Shown one piece after another: positions 1 through 12,176 of a stretch of 64,000 bases of DNA. The translations under genes were made by a program, and so were the position numbers. Within the stretch, counting starts at the first letter, position 1, and each line of letters opens with the position of its first letter. The stretch spans positions 100,265 to 164,264 of the forward strand of contig JAADVB010000007.1 in assembly GCA_023334545.1 (NCBI GenBank), in the 5' to 3' direction. The stretch is from Salisapilia sapeloensis CBS 127946 (lineage: Eukaryota > Protista > Oomycota). Under the pieces are notes generated by a model that did not search any database, was not told the DNA's origin, and saw only the letters and a list, made by a program, of their open reading frames with translations.

Positions 1-808
1 AGTCCATGGTGGACGTGTACAGAATGTCCTTGCGGCCGGCCTGCATCATCATACGACGACGGACGGTATCGAACGGGTACGAGATCACACCAGAAGCAGA
101 GGACACACACTGGGCAACGAGCCACTTCTTCCAGACGGCAGCGTTCTTCGGGTCGGCAAGAGCAACCTGGGAGAACGTATCGTAACCACCGAAGAAGGCA
201 GCACGGTAGACAATGATACCACCAACGGAGACACCGAATCCACGGTACAGACCCTTAAGGCCATCATCCTTGTAGATGGTGGAAATGCAGTGCATCAGAC
301 CGTTGTACAGACGGGATTTGCCCTTGCCAACATCAGCGCCAAGACGCGTACGGGCAAAGTCAAGCGGGTAGACGAAGAGGAGCGAGGTGGCGCCGGCAGC
401 TCCGCCAGAGGCGAGGTTACCGATGAAGAAGCGCCAGAACTGGTCCTTCTTGACACCACCAAGGAAGAGCTGCTTGTACTTGTCCTTGAAGGCAAAGTTG
501 AGGGCCTGGGTCGGGAAGTAACGGATGACATTAGCCATGTTACCACGCCAGAAGGACTTGACGCCCTGCTCCTTGGAGACACGGCTGATGCAGTCCATGA
601 TACCCTTGTACTGGTCCTCCGGCTTGATCTGCGTGGAAGCAGCCTGCACCTGGAGGAGCAGCTTGACACGTTCAATGGGGGCGACGACGGTCTTGGAGAT
701 ACCGCCGGCGACACCACCGGCCGCGAGGTCCATAAGGAAGGAGGCGACAGGGCTGCGCTCCTTCTTTTCGGCAAGAGCCAAAGGCTTGTAGCTGGAGACG
801 ACCGACAT
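1..808 (-). CDS. ANT: Mitochondrial ADP/ATP carrier (adenine nucleotide translocase), 3' end outside window
   Basis: Manual minus-strand translation from ATG at 808: [55 protein letters not shown]...[22 protein letters not shown]...[14 protein letters not shown]. Contains the ANT RRRMMM signature. This frame is not in the ORF track because its stop lies outside the window. Confidence 0.97.
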   Translation of the reverse strand, partial: MSVVSSYKPLALAEKKERSPVASFLMDLAAGGVAGGISKTVVAPIERVKLLLQVQAASTQIKPEDQYKGIMDCISRVSKEQGVKSFWRGNMANVIRYFPTQALNFAFKDKYKQLFLGGVKKDQFWRFFIGNLASGGAAGATSLLFVYPLDFARTRLGADVGKGKSRLYNGLMHCISTIYKDDGLKGLYRGFGVSVGGIIVYRAAFFGGYDTFSQVALADPKNAAVWKKWLVAQCVSSASGVISYPFDTVRRRMMMQAGRKDILYTSTMD

Positions 809-857
809 GATTTGTGCTGAAGTGTTCAGGAAGGGAGGGAGACAAGAGTCCTTTGGC

Positions 858-874
858 GCAAATCCACGAATGGC
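858..874 (-). promoter_or_regulatory. Oomycete Inr+FPR core promoter of the ANT gene
   Basis: Minus strand GCCATTCGTGGATTTGC fits the oomycete CATTYBNNNWTTT consensus, about 50-65 nt upstream of the ANT ATG. A CCAAT lies near 930. Confidence 0.6.
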
Positions 875-1717
875 GTAGACGGCTCGGCTCGCGACGAGTC
901 TGTGGTTCAGATCCAGTGAGCAATTGTAACCAATCGGAAGATGTTGCGAGAGGTGAAGAGGATGTGGATTGGTAGAAATCATTTGCATGCTAAATAAGAG
1001 GTTCTATTCTAAGCTCTGTTTGCGTGCGTTTCGTCTCGTTGAAACGGATGGCTTGGATAGATTGGATAGACGAGAAAAGAGCGATATGTGGAGTGAATAG
1101 ATCGCGAGCGGAAGATCAGAGTGCTTTGTGAACGGCGTGTGGGAACACGTGGCCATTGACCTTCACGTTTGAGAGGTAACGGCCGACGACATGAATCAGA
1201 AACTTGGGACAGATTGAGTTAAAAGAGGGTATGACCCGAAAGAGGTCCACGGCCTTTTGAAGCGCTTTCGAACTGCGTTTCATGCGGTAGAGTCTTTCGT
1301 GTCAATAACTCATCTCGTTGTAGTCAAGATCGAAATGAACATGTTGGCAGAATTGATAAAAGGTTGTAAAAACAAATATGCACCGGTCTTGTTTGACACA
1401 GATGTCAGTCGTCGTATAGATATGCAGTAGCTCGATCTGCGCCAAGTGCACACGGACCAGTGTTTTACATCGATCTTGGCATCTAACTCCTGGCAACGTA
1501 ATACAGCACTAGTACATGAGAGCATTGTCAAGCACAAATTGCAGTCGAAACATACACTTTGCACAATAATCGTCAGCTTCATTCGGACTGTCCATCGCTT
1601 TCAGTCATGCCTTTCAGATCTATTTTCGAATCGATTTGTGTACCGTCCATGTACCCCTTACACACGATCGATCCCGACAACGAGCTCGGACACAAAGCGT
1701 GAAAATTGGTTCGAACG

Positions 1718-2294
1718 ATGCTCCACTCCCTGTATATCACGAATAAAGCTGGTGGTCTGATCTACCACCAAGATCTGAGTTCTGCTGCACCCAAATTATC
1801 CTCCAATGATCATCTCCGACTTGGATCTACCTTCCACAGCATGCATGCGATCGCTGCCCTCGTACCTTTTGAAATCCTCGATCAAATCTTACGTATCACA
1901 AAGTTTACGTTGCTTTATTGTGTATGATAGGCTGCCCCAGTAGCATCAGGAGGTATTCAGAGCCTCGAGACGGATTCTTTTAAACTGAAATGCTTGCAAA
2001 CACCAACAGGGATCAAATTTTTTGTCACTGCGTCTCTCTACACGCCAGAGGTCGAAAGCGCATTGCAAACAGTCTATGAACTCTACGTCGACTATGTCCT
2101 CAAGGTAATTCATGATATTCATACTCATGTGGTACTGTAAATCATTATTGCTGCGACGGTAGAATCCATTTTATGAGCTGGAAATGCCGATTCGATGCAG
2201 TCAATTTAACTCGAAATTGATGACATTTGTCGAAAGATTTAACACAGAAGGACCGAGACCTCGTCCAACTGCAAATCAATATTACTATTACTGA
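1718..2294 (+). CDS. TRAPPC4: TRAPP complex subunit Trs23/TRAPPC4 (sybindin family), 3 exons
   Basis: Exons 1718-1861, 1931-2104, 2163-2294 splice in frame: MLHSLYITNKAGGLIYHQD...NDHLRLGSTFHSMHAIA...LETDSFKLKCLQTPTGIKFF...[23 protein letters not shown]. Confidence 0.93.
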
Positions 2295-2365
2295 CCAATG
2301 TGTGGAGTCAAGGGCATTGCTCAAGTCAATCTTTACATGTCTTCTATCATTAATGCCAAACAAAT

Positions 2366-4658
2366 TTACGAAGCGGTAGTGCTTGATGTTGTAGCTTCAT
2401 CCTCTTGCGGGTAAAATATGCCACGCTTCCATGTGCCTTCTAGCGTAGATCCGTCTGGTTGTACCATCTTTCCCAAACCATGCTTTAAATCGCGTTTCCA
2501 CTGTCCTGTGTAGGTAGAACCATTTGCAAAGATGGCCGTTCCGCGACCACAGCGCATACCTCCGACCCACTTTCCTTGATACTTTTCTTTCGTCAATTTG
2601 TATTCACAAGAACCAAAGCCATTCCTTTTCCCATTTCTCCAACTTCCAACGTACACACTTCCATCACGTAGCTTCTCTTGGCCTTCTCCATGCCGAAGTC
2701 CATCTTTCCATTCACCAGTGTAGACTTCTCCATTTCGGCTGCAAGTACCTCTCCCATGGGGAAGTCCATGACTTGCCTCTCCTTCGTACTCCCATCCTTG
2801 CTCATCGCCCTTGCAATCAAAGTTAGACAAATGTACTATTCTTTCCATGTGACCATCTTGAAATGCCGCGGAGAGCGTAGATCCATCCGAGTACGTTAAC
2901 ATTCCTTTTCCAGAACGCAATCCTTTGTCCCACTCCCCGTCGTACTCGACTTCATATCGACAAGTTACTGTTTCGTGAGAAATTACAGTCCTTGGAGGAG
3001 GGTATTTCATTGTGCCTTGGCCACTTCGCTTGTCATCTACCCAATCACCAGTGTACATTTCCCCATTAGAATACTTCATACACCCGTGACCATTCCTTTT
3101 ATCATCTTCCCAACTTCCTTCATACTCATCTCCATTAGAATAGGTACACTTTCCTTGTCCATGGCGCAGTCCGGTAGATGTCCGAATCTCACCCGTATAG
3201 ATCCCTCCTTGCTTCATTTGTCGAGAATCCACAAGCTCTAATGCGTTCGGATCTACGTTTTCATCTCCCAAATCGCTCTTCATAACATTTCTCAAATTAA
3301 ACTCTAGCACAGATGTGTGACCAATATCGTCTTCAATGGCATAGCTAGTGAAGCGATAGATCGATGTTCCATCTGAACTCACTATGTATGTAAAACTGTT
3401 TGTGGCACCAGACTCTAGTTCGGGAATCACAAAGCTGCAAATTGATCCGTCGGCTGGGTTAAGTAGAATAGTCGTTGACACCTTGTTAACGTCGGCGTCT
3501 TCTTCTTGCGAATGGCCACCAAAGATCAGCACTTGTTCAAATTCACTCTGCTCATTTTCTTCATGTACATTTTCGGGAGACAAGCGAACATTTAATGCTG
3601 TGAAGCTCACTCGAGCAAGCGATGTGTTAACCTCGTGTGGAATGGAGACTGGGAGTTCACTCCAAGCGTTCTTCTGTAGATCCAAGATAAAGACCGCATT
3701 GTTCAGTAGCTTGGTGTCGGGGTGCATACCGCCCAATACCAAGATGGAGGATGTATTGTTCACTGCAATAGCTTGATGTCCAGCTAACGGCAGTGGACAA
3801 GTCCCACTTGGCTACACGCGAGATCAGTACGCACAGTCAAAGGTCAGTCATGAAGCAGATACATATATCCTACCATCAGCTCTGTCCAAACAGCACGAGG
3901 CGTTGTATTCGATTCACTACTCGAATCCGTAGCTTCTTCTTCCGTAGCTTCTTCCAACTCAAGTTTCCATATATCCGTAAGAGCATTATTTGAAGCTCCT
4001 TTGCCACCGAGTATTATTATCCCTTTTCGATTTGAATCGGTGTCTAACTTCACAGTTGTGGCACTGTGCCAAGCTCGAGCTTGTGGTTGCTTGCCGTCGC
4101 TTGACAGAAGCAAAGGATCGCATGACAAGATGCTCTCGTTTAACGTAACTAAGTAAGTATCCTGACTAGGACCTGAGTTTCCATGGCAATCATCTATGAC
4201 TTCCCCTCCGAAAAAGACTGCTTTATCACTTAAAGGTGCGATGCTATGTCCTTGTCGTTGTGGCAATTCACCACATGCGTCATAACCATCTCTCCATTTG
4301 TGTGCACTGGTTGAGAATAGACCCAAATTGAGTCGAGATAAAGTCGGCGATGGTGATGAGACCAATCTAGATAGATTCACAGTAGTAAGCTTCGGTAGGT
4401 ATTTGTAGGTACGTTTGTGTAGTTTGCCTACATGTCATCTCCCAGTCTAACGGCATATACATTACACCCGCTTCCCTTAGGATACGGTTGGTCATGTGCT
4501 CCTCCTCTTGTGAATAGTTTGCGAGGTTTCCATGGTGGATGCAAGATAGTCTGTCAATTACCACCAACTTCTTAAATATATCATGTATTAAGCATATCTG
4601 CAAACGACTTTACCGTAACTTGTGAACTCGATATTGCTTGCAATTCGTGCATATCCAT
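2366..4658 (-). CDS. Kelch-repeat plus C-terminal MORN-repeat protein, spliced
   Basis: Kelch motifs (QGHSIA..VFFGG, PQARAWHSAT..IILGG, ILVLGG, LIFGG) in ORFs 3844-4380 and 2366-3763. Many MORN units (YEGSWEDDKRNGHGCMKYSNGEMY). In-frame 5' exons traced back to ATG 4658. Confidence 0.85.
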
Positions 4659-4779
4659 CCGAACTGTGTGATCAGTCTGAATGCGCTTTTCTCTTGAGAA
4701 TTACTTCATAAAACGACCAAAGCTTTATTTATATCGCCCCATATATATTTATACTAGCTTTGCATTTCGTATCAGCACT

Positions 4780-7700
4780 ATGCCAAATAATCGCTTCTTG
4801 AATGCATCAGCAAAAACTACTTCTATATCGGCAGCGTCCGATAACCCGACCGCGCGAAAGGATGTGGGTGCGAGGCACTCAAAAAAAGAAAAACTCATTG
4901 TACCAAGCGAAGACGTTTTCAACACACACATAACTACTGCTGGAAAGCTCTTTATGAGCAAAATTCGGCGTCATCAAGCTCAAAAGGTGGATCGGCGCTC
5001 AAGAGGCTTCGAAAATGGCCTTCAAAATAAGACTCTCTTCATTGATCCGACGATTAATCGGCACTATGTCTTACTGATCATTGACTACACACAAAGTCGA
5101 AGAGAAGCATTGGCCGATGCTCTCGAGGAATATTTTGAAGTCCTAGTGGGCAAGAATAACGACCATGCACTTAAGTTAATGGGTATGTTCAAGATAGATT
5201 TCTTTTTGATACATACGAGTTTGGGTGAAAAGCATGCAATTGAAGACAGTCCGACGCTGCAGTTTGTACTGGACATGAAGAAAAAGCTTTATCCAATACC
5301 TTTTGCCGTCATGGCCGCTACTAGTGATGGCAAAGAAAACGAATTTGATGTTCTACTTATGAGGCTACTGCAGCAAGGTGCTTGTGGCTACTTTCTTGAT
5401 GATGTGAAACCTTCGGCAATGATTGATGGTCTTGTGCGAATGATGACATCGATTGTGAAAACGCAACAAGAAGAACGAGCGTGTTTAGGCCGGAAGCTAA
5501 GTTCCGCCTACAGAAACCAAGAGGAAGCCCTAACAATGCAGGGAATTAAACATCACGGCTTACCTTCTCGAATAGGGCAGAATGCGATAAAACGTAAACC
5601 CGATTCAGTCGTGTATGACCATAAGAAGATGCTCTTTGAGCTACAACTCGCTCAACGAAAGTGTTGCTTGCAGCAACGTGAATTTGTTGCTAGTTCAATA
5701 ACAAAAGGTCATTCGGTTCTTGGTGTTGGTATGAAGATACCATGCTCGGATTCTGATCATAGCAAGTCTGCCGATGAATTGAGAGTCAAACGTCGATTGG
5801 CTTACTCGTCTTCGCCGAGCCGATTAACCCCAAAAAGGAAGGGTCTAGAGCCTGCGATTCCACCTTTACCATCTCAGGAACAGATTAAATCGCGAATTTA
5901 TACGAAGCCTCATGAACTTCAAGGCATGATTCAGCGTCACTTCTATGCTGATTTTCACACTTCCAAGCACGAATCTTTACCTCACGATCCACTTATTCAT
6001 CCCTGTATCGTAATTAATCCGACTAGAGCGTCGGCAAACATCGGTCAAAATACAATTGCTGTCAAAGCCTATCACTTATATCTTGAGCACCGGTACGAAG
6101 AAGCTTTAATGGAATGTAAACGAGCGATTAAAGCACAAAGTAGTAAGCTTGTCAAACTTGTTATTTTACTCGAGGGAGTACTGTACGAAGAGCTTGGGAA
6201 GTTTGATCTAGCTGAAATGGATTTCCTCAAATGCCTGAAGCTCGATGATAAGCTGCATGAGGCTCGATATAACTTGTGTGTGTGTCGAATGCAGCTAGGT
6301 GATGATGAGAGTGCCCTAGCTGACATATCTAAAGCACTCGCATCGGACCCGGACAATCTAACGTATCTTCGAACTCGAGGACTTATCTATCGACGTATGG
6401 GAAAACTTACAGCTGCTCAAGAAGAGTATGCAAAGGCGAAGGAGCTTTCGAGTGTTAAAGATGCTTCGGATGTATCGACTAATACCATGAAGAATGCTAA
6501 TAGTTTAGAATCATATCCGCATGCTTACTCCGTACGGAACGGTTTGGCGATAGATATGCAGGATGACTTGCATGAAAAGATCTTTGGGTATCCTACAGAA
6601 GATAAGGTAGCGTTAATGTGTCCTCCAGGGGAGCGTTCAGATGCCATGATTGCCGATATTGCTTGCAGACTGCAAAGTGTCAGCTTTTTCCAAAGCTTTC
6701 CTGTTCATGTCGTACAAGATGTAGCCAAAGTAATCGAGTATGATGTAATACCGTGTGGTAAGCCATTTACACTTGGAGAAGAGCATTTACAGAACTTTTA
6801 TATCGTATTAAGTGGCAGCATTAGTGTGCGTCGCAAGCTAGGCGATCTTTCATCTTCCATTACGACGCATCATATTGGAGCTGGCATGTCATTTGGCTGT
6901 ACGGGTTTTGCGATCTCATCTCACGCGACGCTTGTAGCTGATGAGTTGAGCGAAGTTGGTATCCTATGGCCCGGTCAGTATGTATCAACTATCCATGAAT
7001 TGTGGAAGACGAAGAACAACAGTTCGTTTAACTTTTTAAAGCAAATGAGTGCATTTAAACTCCTGAGTACGAGCAACTTAGGGCACTTGGTCGGGATATC
7101 TGAACGAGTACGATTTCTTAAAGGAGAGCAGATCTTGGAGCAAGGGCAAAAACCGCCAGCCTTGTATATACTTTGTAAAGGCACTTGTACGATGCGACAA
7201 GACTTCTCACGACCTCCGCTATGCTTTGAACATGCACGCAAGGATCAGGTACTTGATCAAGAAGTAGAAGACAGTTTGGATATGGATAATACTGGAAAAG
7301 AGAAAGTGGTGCCATATCATCGCTTTTTGTATCACGATGACTGGCCGTTTGGTTTCCAAGTGACCGGACAGAGGCGAAATGGTCGAGACTTTCACAGCGG
7401 ACGGCGAAATGCGTTACTCGAACCTATTGACAGCAAAGATACGGTCAACTACGCTGTCACAAGTCTGCCAAGCACAAATACAGCTAGCAACATCAAACGA
7501 ATACGCAGAGGAGTTGTGTCCGAAACACAGCTACGGCCAGCTGCACTGTTTGGTGAATCTGGTCTTTTTATTGATCCTCAGCGAACGCTTTCTAAATGGT
7601 GCGTGTGCGGAATGATCTATCGCTCCGCTTGCTAATATTGACGCTGTGGATGTGTACATTGTAGTTCCGTTATCGCGGAGTCGATCGTTGAGGTTCTCGT

Positions 7701-7935
7701 CATGAGCCATTCCCAGTTGCACGAGATGGAATTGACACCAGAAGTCATTTCGAATATTTTAGCTGCAGCACCACCGTATCTGAAAGAAGAGCACGTAATA
7801 GATCAAAAGGTCCAAAAGAAAACTTGGAACGAATTTAAGCATGGTCAAGTGCTCGAACTGTCAAAAAAACGATGGCCGAATGCACAGGTACGACAAATTA
7901 CTCATAACTTTCTTTTCATAGTATCCGCAAGCTAA
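4780..7935 (+). CDS. Receiver-like domain + TPR repeats + two cyclic-nucleotide-binding-like domains
   Basis: ORF 4681-7635 continues into 7702-7935 through a GT-AG intron. REC-like (VLLIID...IDFFLIH...GACGYF), TPR (LYEELGKFDLAEMDFLKCLKLD...EARYNL), cNMP (NFYIVLSGSISV; ALYILCKG; LFGE). 3' end approximate. Confidence 0.75.
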
Positions 7936-8306
7936 GCAATTGAATAGAAGCATTTGCGAATGCTCTCTAATGGTTGCAGTATCATCATAGCCGCCCAAAA
8001 GGATAAAAAACCAAAGCAAAGCAGTACGACAGAAATCAACCAATAAACAAATGTAAATTCTGGCTAACATATTAATTGGCAGTGAGTTTCTCTTTATATC
8101 AGCTCTACTTCCATTGGAAAACTGATGAGATAGTCAAGTACTTGTCCATTGCATTCATGGATAGATCGCATTCACATACTTGTTGATGACACAGAGCGAA
8201 GTACCGCACCAAAGTACACTTTGAGAAGTCGACTTCGGGTTGCATAATCATGAAGAATGCGTGCGAGAGTGCATGTCATGAGTTTTAAACACTCTCTCTC
8301 AATCAA

Positions 8307-9758
8307 ATGACCGACGAACTGGACGCTTGGTTCTCTGCGTCGCTCGAAGAGTACGATGAAGAGCTGGAGCAGCTACTGAACGAATGCAAAGACGATGTGA
8401 ATGTTTCTGAACCGAATCGTGTGGTGCCTATCGATGTAAAAGCTTCGTCCCAAGACCAGGATAGATCAGTTGGGACAAGACCTTCTCTACCAAGTCCATC
8501 TAATGCACCCATAGCGTCATGCGACGATGCATCCGTACATAGCTTGGATGGATCGTCGCTTATGGACCATACAGATGCGTCCTCCTATAGTACTCCTTCG
8601 CTAGTTGACCTAAAGAACAGCCCCTCCTCCATCTACTCATCGACCAAATCTCAACCCAAGTCATCAGATCACCCGAGTTCAAGTAAATTCCAAAGCTCCA
8701 TATCGACGAATGCCAAGCCAGTTCGACGAACAACCAAACAACAGATCCAGGAGCTGGAAGCAGAAGCTGGAAGGCTCGTGACACAACTATTCGAACTCCA
8801 GAACAAATCTGCCGAGTGGACGTCGTCATCGGCTCCAAGTATGCAGTGGCGAGCTGTAGCTACTGAATATTCGCGCAAGCGTGCTCGAGCAGAGAAAGAA
8901 AATGCTCAATTGCGTAAACTCGTCAAGTCTCAAGATGCAATGGTACAGGAGCTAGCGACGAGTTTAGAAGCAAGTCGTCAAAGTAGAACGCTGCTACCGG
9001 TCGTGTCGGTCGGTTTCTCTAGAGACGACGTACAGATCTTCCAGACATTGTATGCCAGAGCAAATGGTGTCTACGGCAGAGTGCAGGAAGCGCTCGTACG
9101 TTCCGACCTTTCGAATCTCCAAGGCACGAGGACGTATTTCAATTATCAGGTCAAACTAGACGCCAAGGAACGAAGATGTGTGGAGTTCAATCGGTCGCAA
9201 GTACTGCCGTTCGACTGTTCCTCTGTCGCAGATGTCGCGTGGAAGCAGCTGTCTTATGCGCATGCCAAGGACTCTTGCTACTACTTCCAGCCGTATCATG
9301 TTTCGGAAGATACGTGTGCGCTTGAACTAGCTCGCCGTCGTAGTATCTTCAAGAGCGTCGTACACACCACTGGCAAGTCTACCCTGCGTCGATTCTGGGA
9401 TGGCAATCGATGTGTGATCGTGTGGGTGAGTGAATCGAGACCGGTGGAACTATCACGGCATCTATCGAACTCGTGTGGCTACGACAATTTTGGGTGGATA
9501 ATCATTGCCCCGGAAGATGAGAACCACACGCGTATAAACAGTTCTGCTAGCACGACACCGATCTTTCAAAACACAACGCACGAACGTGCTTCATCTCAAT
9601 TTACGACTCTTGTAAATATGCTTAGCCATGTCCACATGAATGGATGGGATTTACTGCAGCAGTCAATCCATCGATTGCTTGCTGAGAGACGTAGGTTAGT
9701 CGATTCATGTTATAAAGCTCGTATAAATACGGCAATATGCGGTCACTTTGGCTTGTAA
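8307..9758 (+). CDS. Oomycete M96-like / bZIP-like coiled-coil protein with probable START-like C-terminal region
   Basis: Intronless 483 aa ORF. KQQIQELEAEA...WRAVA...RKRARAEKENAQLRKLV pattern typical of the expanded oomycete M96-like family. Confidence 0.6.
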   Translation: MTDELDAWFSASLEEYDEELEQLLNECKDDVNVSEPNRVVPIDVKASSQDQDRSVGTRPSLPSPSNAPIASCDDASVHSLDGSSLMDHTDASSYSTPSLVDLKNSPSSIYSSTKSQPKSSDHPSSSKFQSSISTNAKPVRRTTKQQIQELEAEAGRLVTQLFELQNKSAEWTSSSAPSMQWRAVATEYSRKRARAEKENAQLRKLVKSQDAMVQELATSLEASRQSRTLLPVVSVGFSRDDVQIFQTLYARANGVYGRVQEALVRSDLSNLQGTRTYFNYQVKLDAKERRCVEFNRSQVLPFDCSSVADVAWKQLSYAHAKDSCYYFQPYHVSEDTCALELARRRSIFKSVVHTTGKSTLRRFWDGNRCVIVWVSESRPVELSRHLSNSCGYDNFGWIIIAPEDENHTRINSSASTTPIFQNTTHERASSQFTTLVNMLSHVHMNGWDLLQQSIHRLLAERRRLVDSCYKARINTAICGHFGL

Positions 9759-10467
9759 TGGATCGACATTTGTACACACATGACGACCTTCTCCTTGTTG
9801 CGTTCCGTGCATAAATTTTTAGATTGACGTGACGGTATCTTGGAGTGTTGTTACGACCAGCGCAGTCGTATCAGGAAATGCAAGGGACGTAAGGACAGGA
9901 AGTCGTTTGTAAGCATTTGCGCGTCGATCCATCGGTATAGAATTTTGCAGAGAGCGTGCATTGTCGTGCGTCAAAACAGAAGAATAGGAAGGTGGTGGAT
10001 GCTAGGTCTTGAAAAACTTCGGCTCGTCCGAGGATATAGGATGCAATCTCGTTGGCAGAGACATATCGAGTGAGGTGATCATTTTCGGTCAAGTTAAACA
10101 ACTCGAAGCGGACTTTCTTGCTGACCACAAAAATGACATACACTCTTCTTCGAATAAAACATCTCCTTTTTAGAATATCACACCTCAATGAAAATGCCGG
10201 ATCAGATGAAGGACGTAAAATAGGCTTGTCAAGCCCATCTCGGCTGCTTTGACTGGAGACGAGGCGATGGCGACTACCTCGTTGTTGTATGAGGATGTGC
10301 AACTAGAAGAGAAACGTAGTGCAACTAGGAAGCGAAGGGGAAAGCGTCGCATCTATGTACGACAAGAAGGCCGTAAGCTCAGGATCAGCAGCGCTGCCGT
10401 CAACTGCTTATTGGCGTGCGCATTTCATTATTCAATATATTTCGCGACCTCCCGTCCGTCCACACAA

Positions 10468-12064
10468 ATGCGTCGGCACCATTCCAATCCAACGCCTCCT
10501 ACGGTCGTTTCACCGCGATTCCAAGCCGAAATCGATGTCAACCACTCCAGTAACGCAGACGATCAACTAAACACATTGATGCAACCAGATGAAGAGCCCA
10601 GAGCGCCTTCATCTCAAACTTTCAACTTCGACCCGACCAAATACAAAGATGGCACCTATCGATTTATCCCAGCGTCCGCAACGGATCAAATTCGGTATAC
10701 AGGTAGAGTGCTCAAATACGGCAGTGAATCGTCCATTCCAGCTAAAATCAACGCCGTGGACTTTGACTGGCCTGGTGTCAGCTTCGAAATTACCGTCAAA
10801 GGCTCCAGCAGCGTTGCAATACGTCTTAAAGGAGATGGTACGATACTGGTACGATGCTCTTCGTTTGCATGTTAACTGGACTCTTCGTGTAGGAAACTAC
10901 TTTAATGTCTTCGTGGACGGGCAGTTGGAGTGCACGCTGCGAGCTTCCCTCCACCCAACTTGCTGCGATGGTATTGTCTGCATTCCATCTCCATGACCTC
11001 GACATTCTGCTAACAAGTATACGCACATAGTGGCGACTGATCTGTCGACAGATGACGAGCACACAGTCTCGATTACCAAGCGTACAGAGCCTCAGGTGCG
11101 AGGAGCCATGTCCACATTCAAGCTATGTACCTTCTATGGCTTTATCGTGGAAGAAAATGCCCACGTCGTTCCTCCCGTTGTCGATCCCGATCGGTGCCGG
11201 ATCGAGTTTGTAGGTGACGCGAGTACCTGTGGCCTCGGCAATGAAGGTGAAAGTGGCATTAATCGTCGTAGGTTCGGTATGAAAGGTCGAATGGAGAATG
11301 TGTACAATGCATACCCACTCATCGCAGCTCGGATGCTTAATGCCGAGGCACACGTCCTTGGATGGAGTGGGAAAGGTGTGCATAGCAACGCTCACGTGTG
11401 GGGCGTGACGATGCCAACTCTGTACAAGCAGACACTAGCGCTACAAGAAGGTGAATGGGATATGATGAAATGGGTACCCGATGTGGTAGTATTAAATATG
11501 GGAGGAAATGACCTGACTCCACCTGCCTCGCCCGAAGCGGACGTGATCGAGGCTTATGCGAGCTTTGTAGAGGAGATCCGTGATTGTAGGCATCTGTGTT
11601 TTAGTTTTTGTTGATTGTTTCTTACCACTCTTATGGATAGACCGACCGAACGCACACATCTTTTGTGTCGTATGTGATGAAGGCTGTCTGAGCTCAGACA
11701 CGTCTGAAGTGAGTCGATCGAGGATGTCTCGACAGTTACGTGAGATAGTCAAAGTCGCACTGGCAAGAGCGTTGCCGGTGGATGAGAAGCTGCACTACAC
11801 GCATATTCATGTACTTGCTTCCGTCCTATTCTTGCCACACTCCTGTGCTCACTTTGTCGGTAGATTGATGGCGATTTACAAAACGAAGACTATGTCGCGT
11901 CTGGACATTACTCTGTGAGTGGACATGTCAAGATCGCTGGTGCACTCGCGGAAGAGATTGCTCGAAAGACTGGATGGGATATTAAAGAAGCACCGATGAC
12001 AATGCCATATCCACAAGCGAAGAAGGACATTTTGATCCCAAAGGAGCAGTGCGTGATTTCCTAA
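10468..12064 (+). CDS. CE2-like SGNH/GDSL esterase homologue with C-terminal CaaX, 5 exons
   Basis: IRYTGR...FDWPGVSFE...NYFNVFVDG...ITKRTE N-terminal beta-domain. Blocks IEFVGDASTCG, GWSGKG, NMGGND, GHYSVSGH. Last exon ends CVIS* at 12064. Four GT-AG introns keep the frame. Start could be upstream (ORF open from 10249). Confidence 0.85.
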
Positions 12065-12176
12065 GCGCATCCACGTCGCAATCAACTGCTGGCCATTGGC
12101 TTATACATATTTGTCTGTATTTATTTAAATGTCTGGCAGAAATAGTGGTTAGAAACAATCAACATGGAGATTCATG

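Noticed and set aside
290-820. 176 aa plus-strand ORF and 159 aa minus-strand ORF over the ANT gene
   Set aside because: Antisense and alternative-frame shadows caused by the strong codon bias of ANT; the true frame is a different minus-strand frame.
1302-1595. Possible small spliced gene on the minus strand (MDSPNEADDYCA...AVLRCQELDAKIDVKHW)
   Set aside because: Intron-like signals exist, but I could not build a convincing complete frame or recognise a family.
9871-10302. 143 aa minus-strand ORF
   Set aside because: No ATG-led recognisable protein; it overlaps the probable promoter of the esterase gene.
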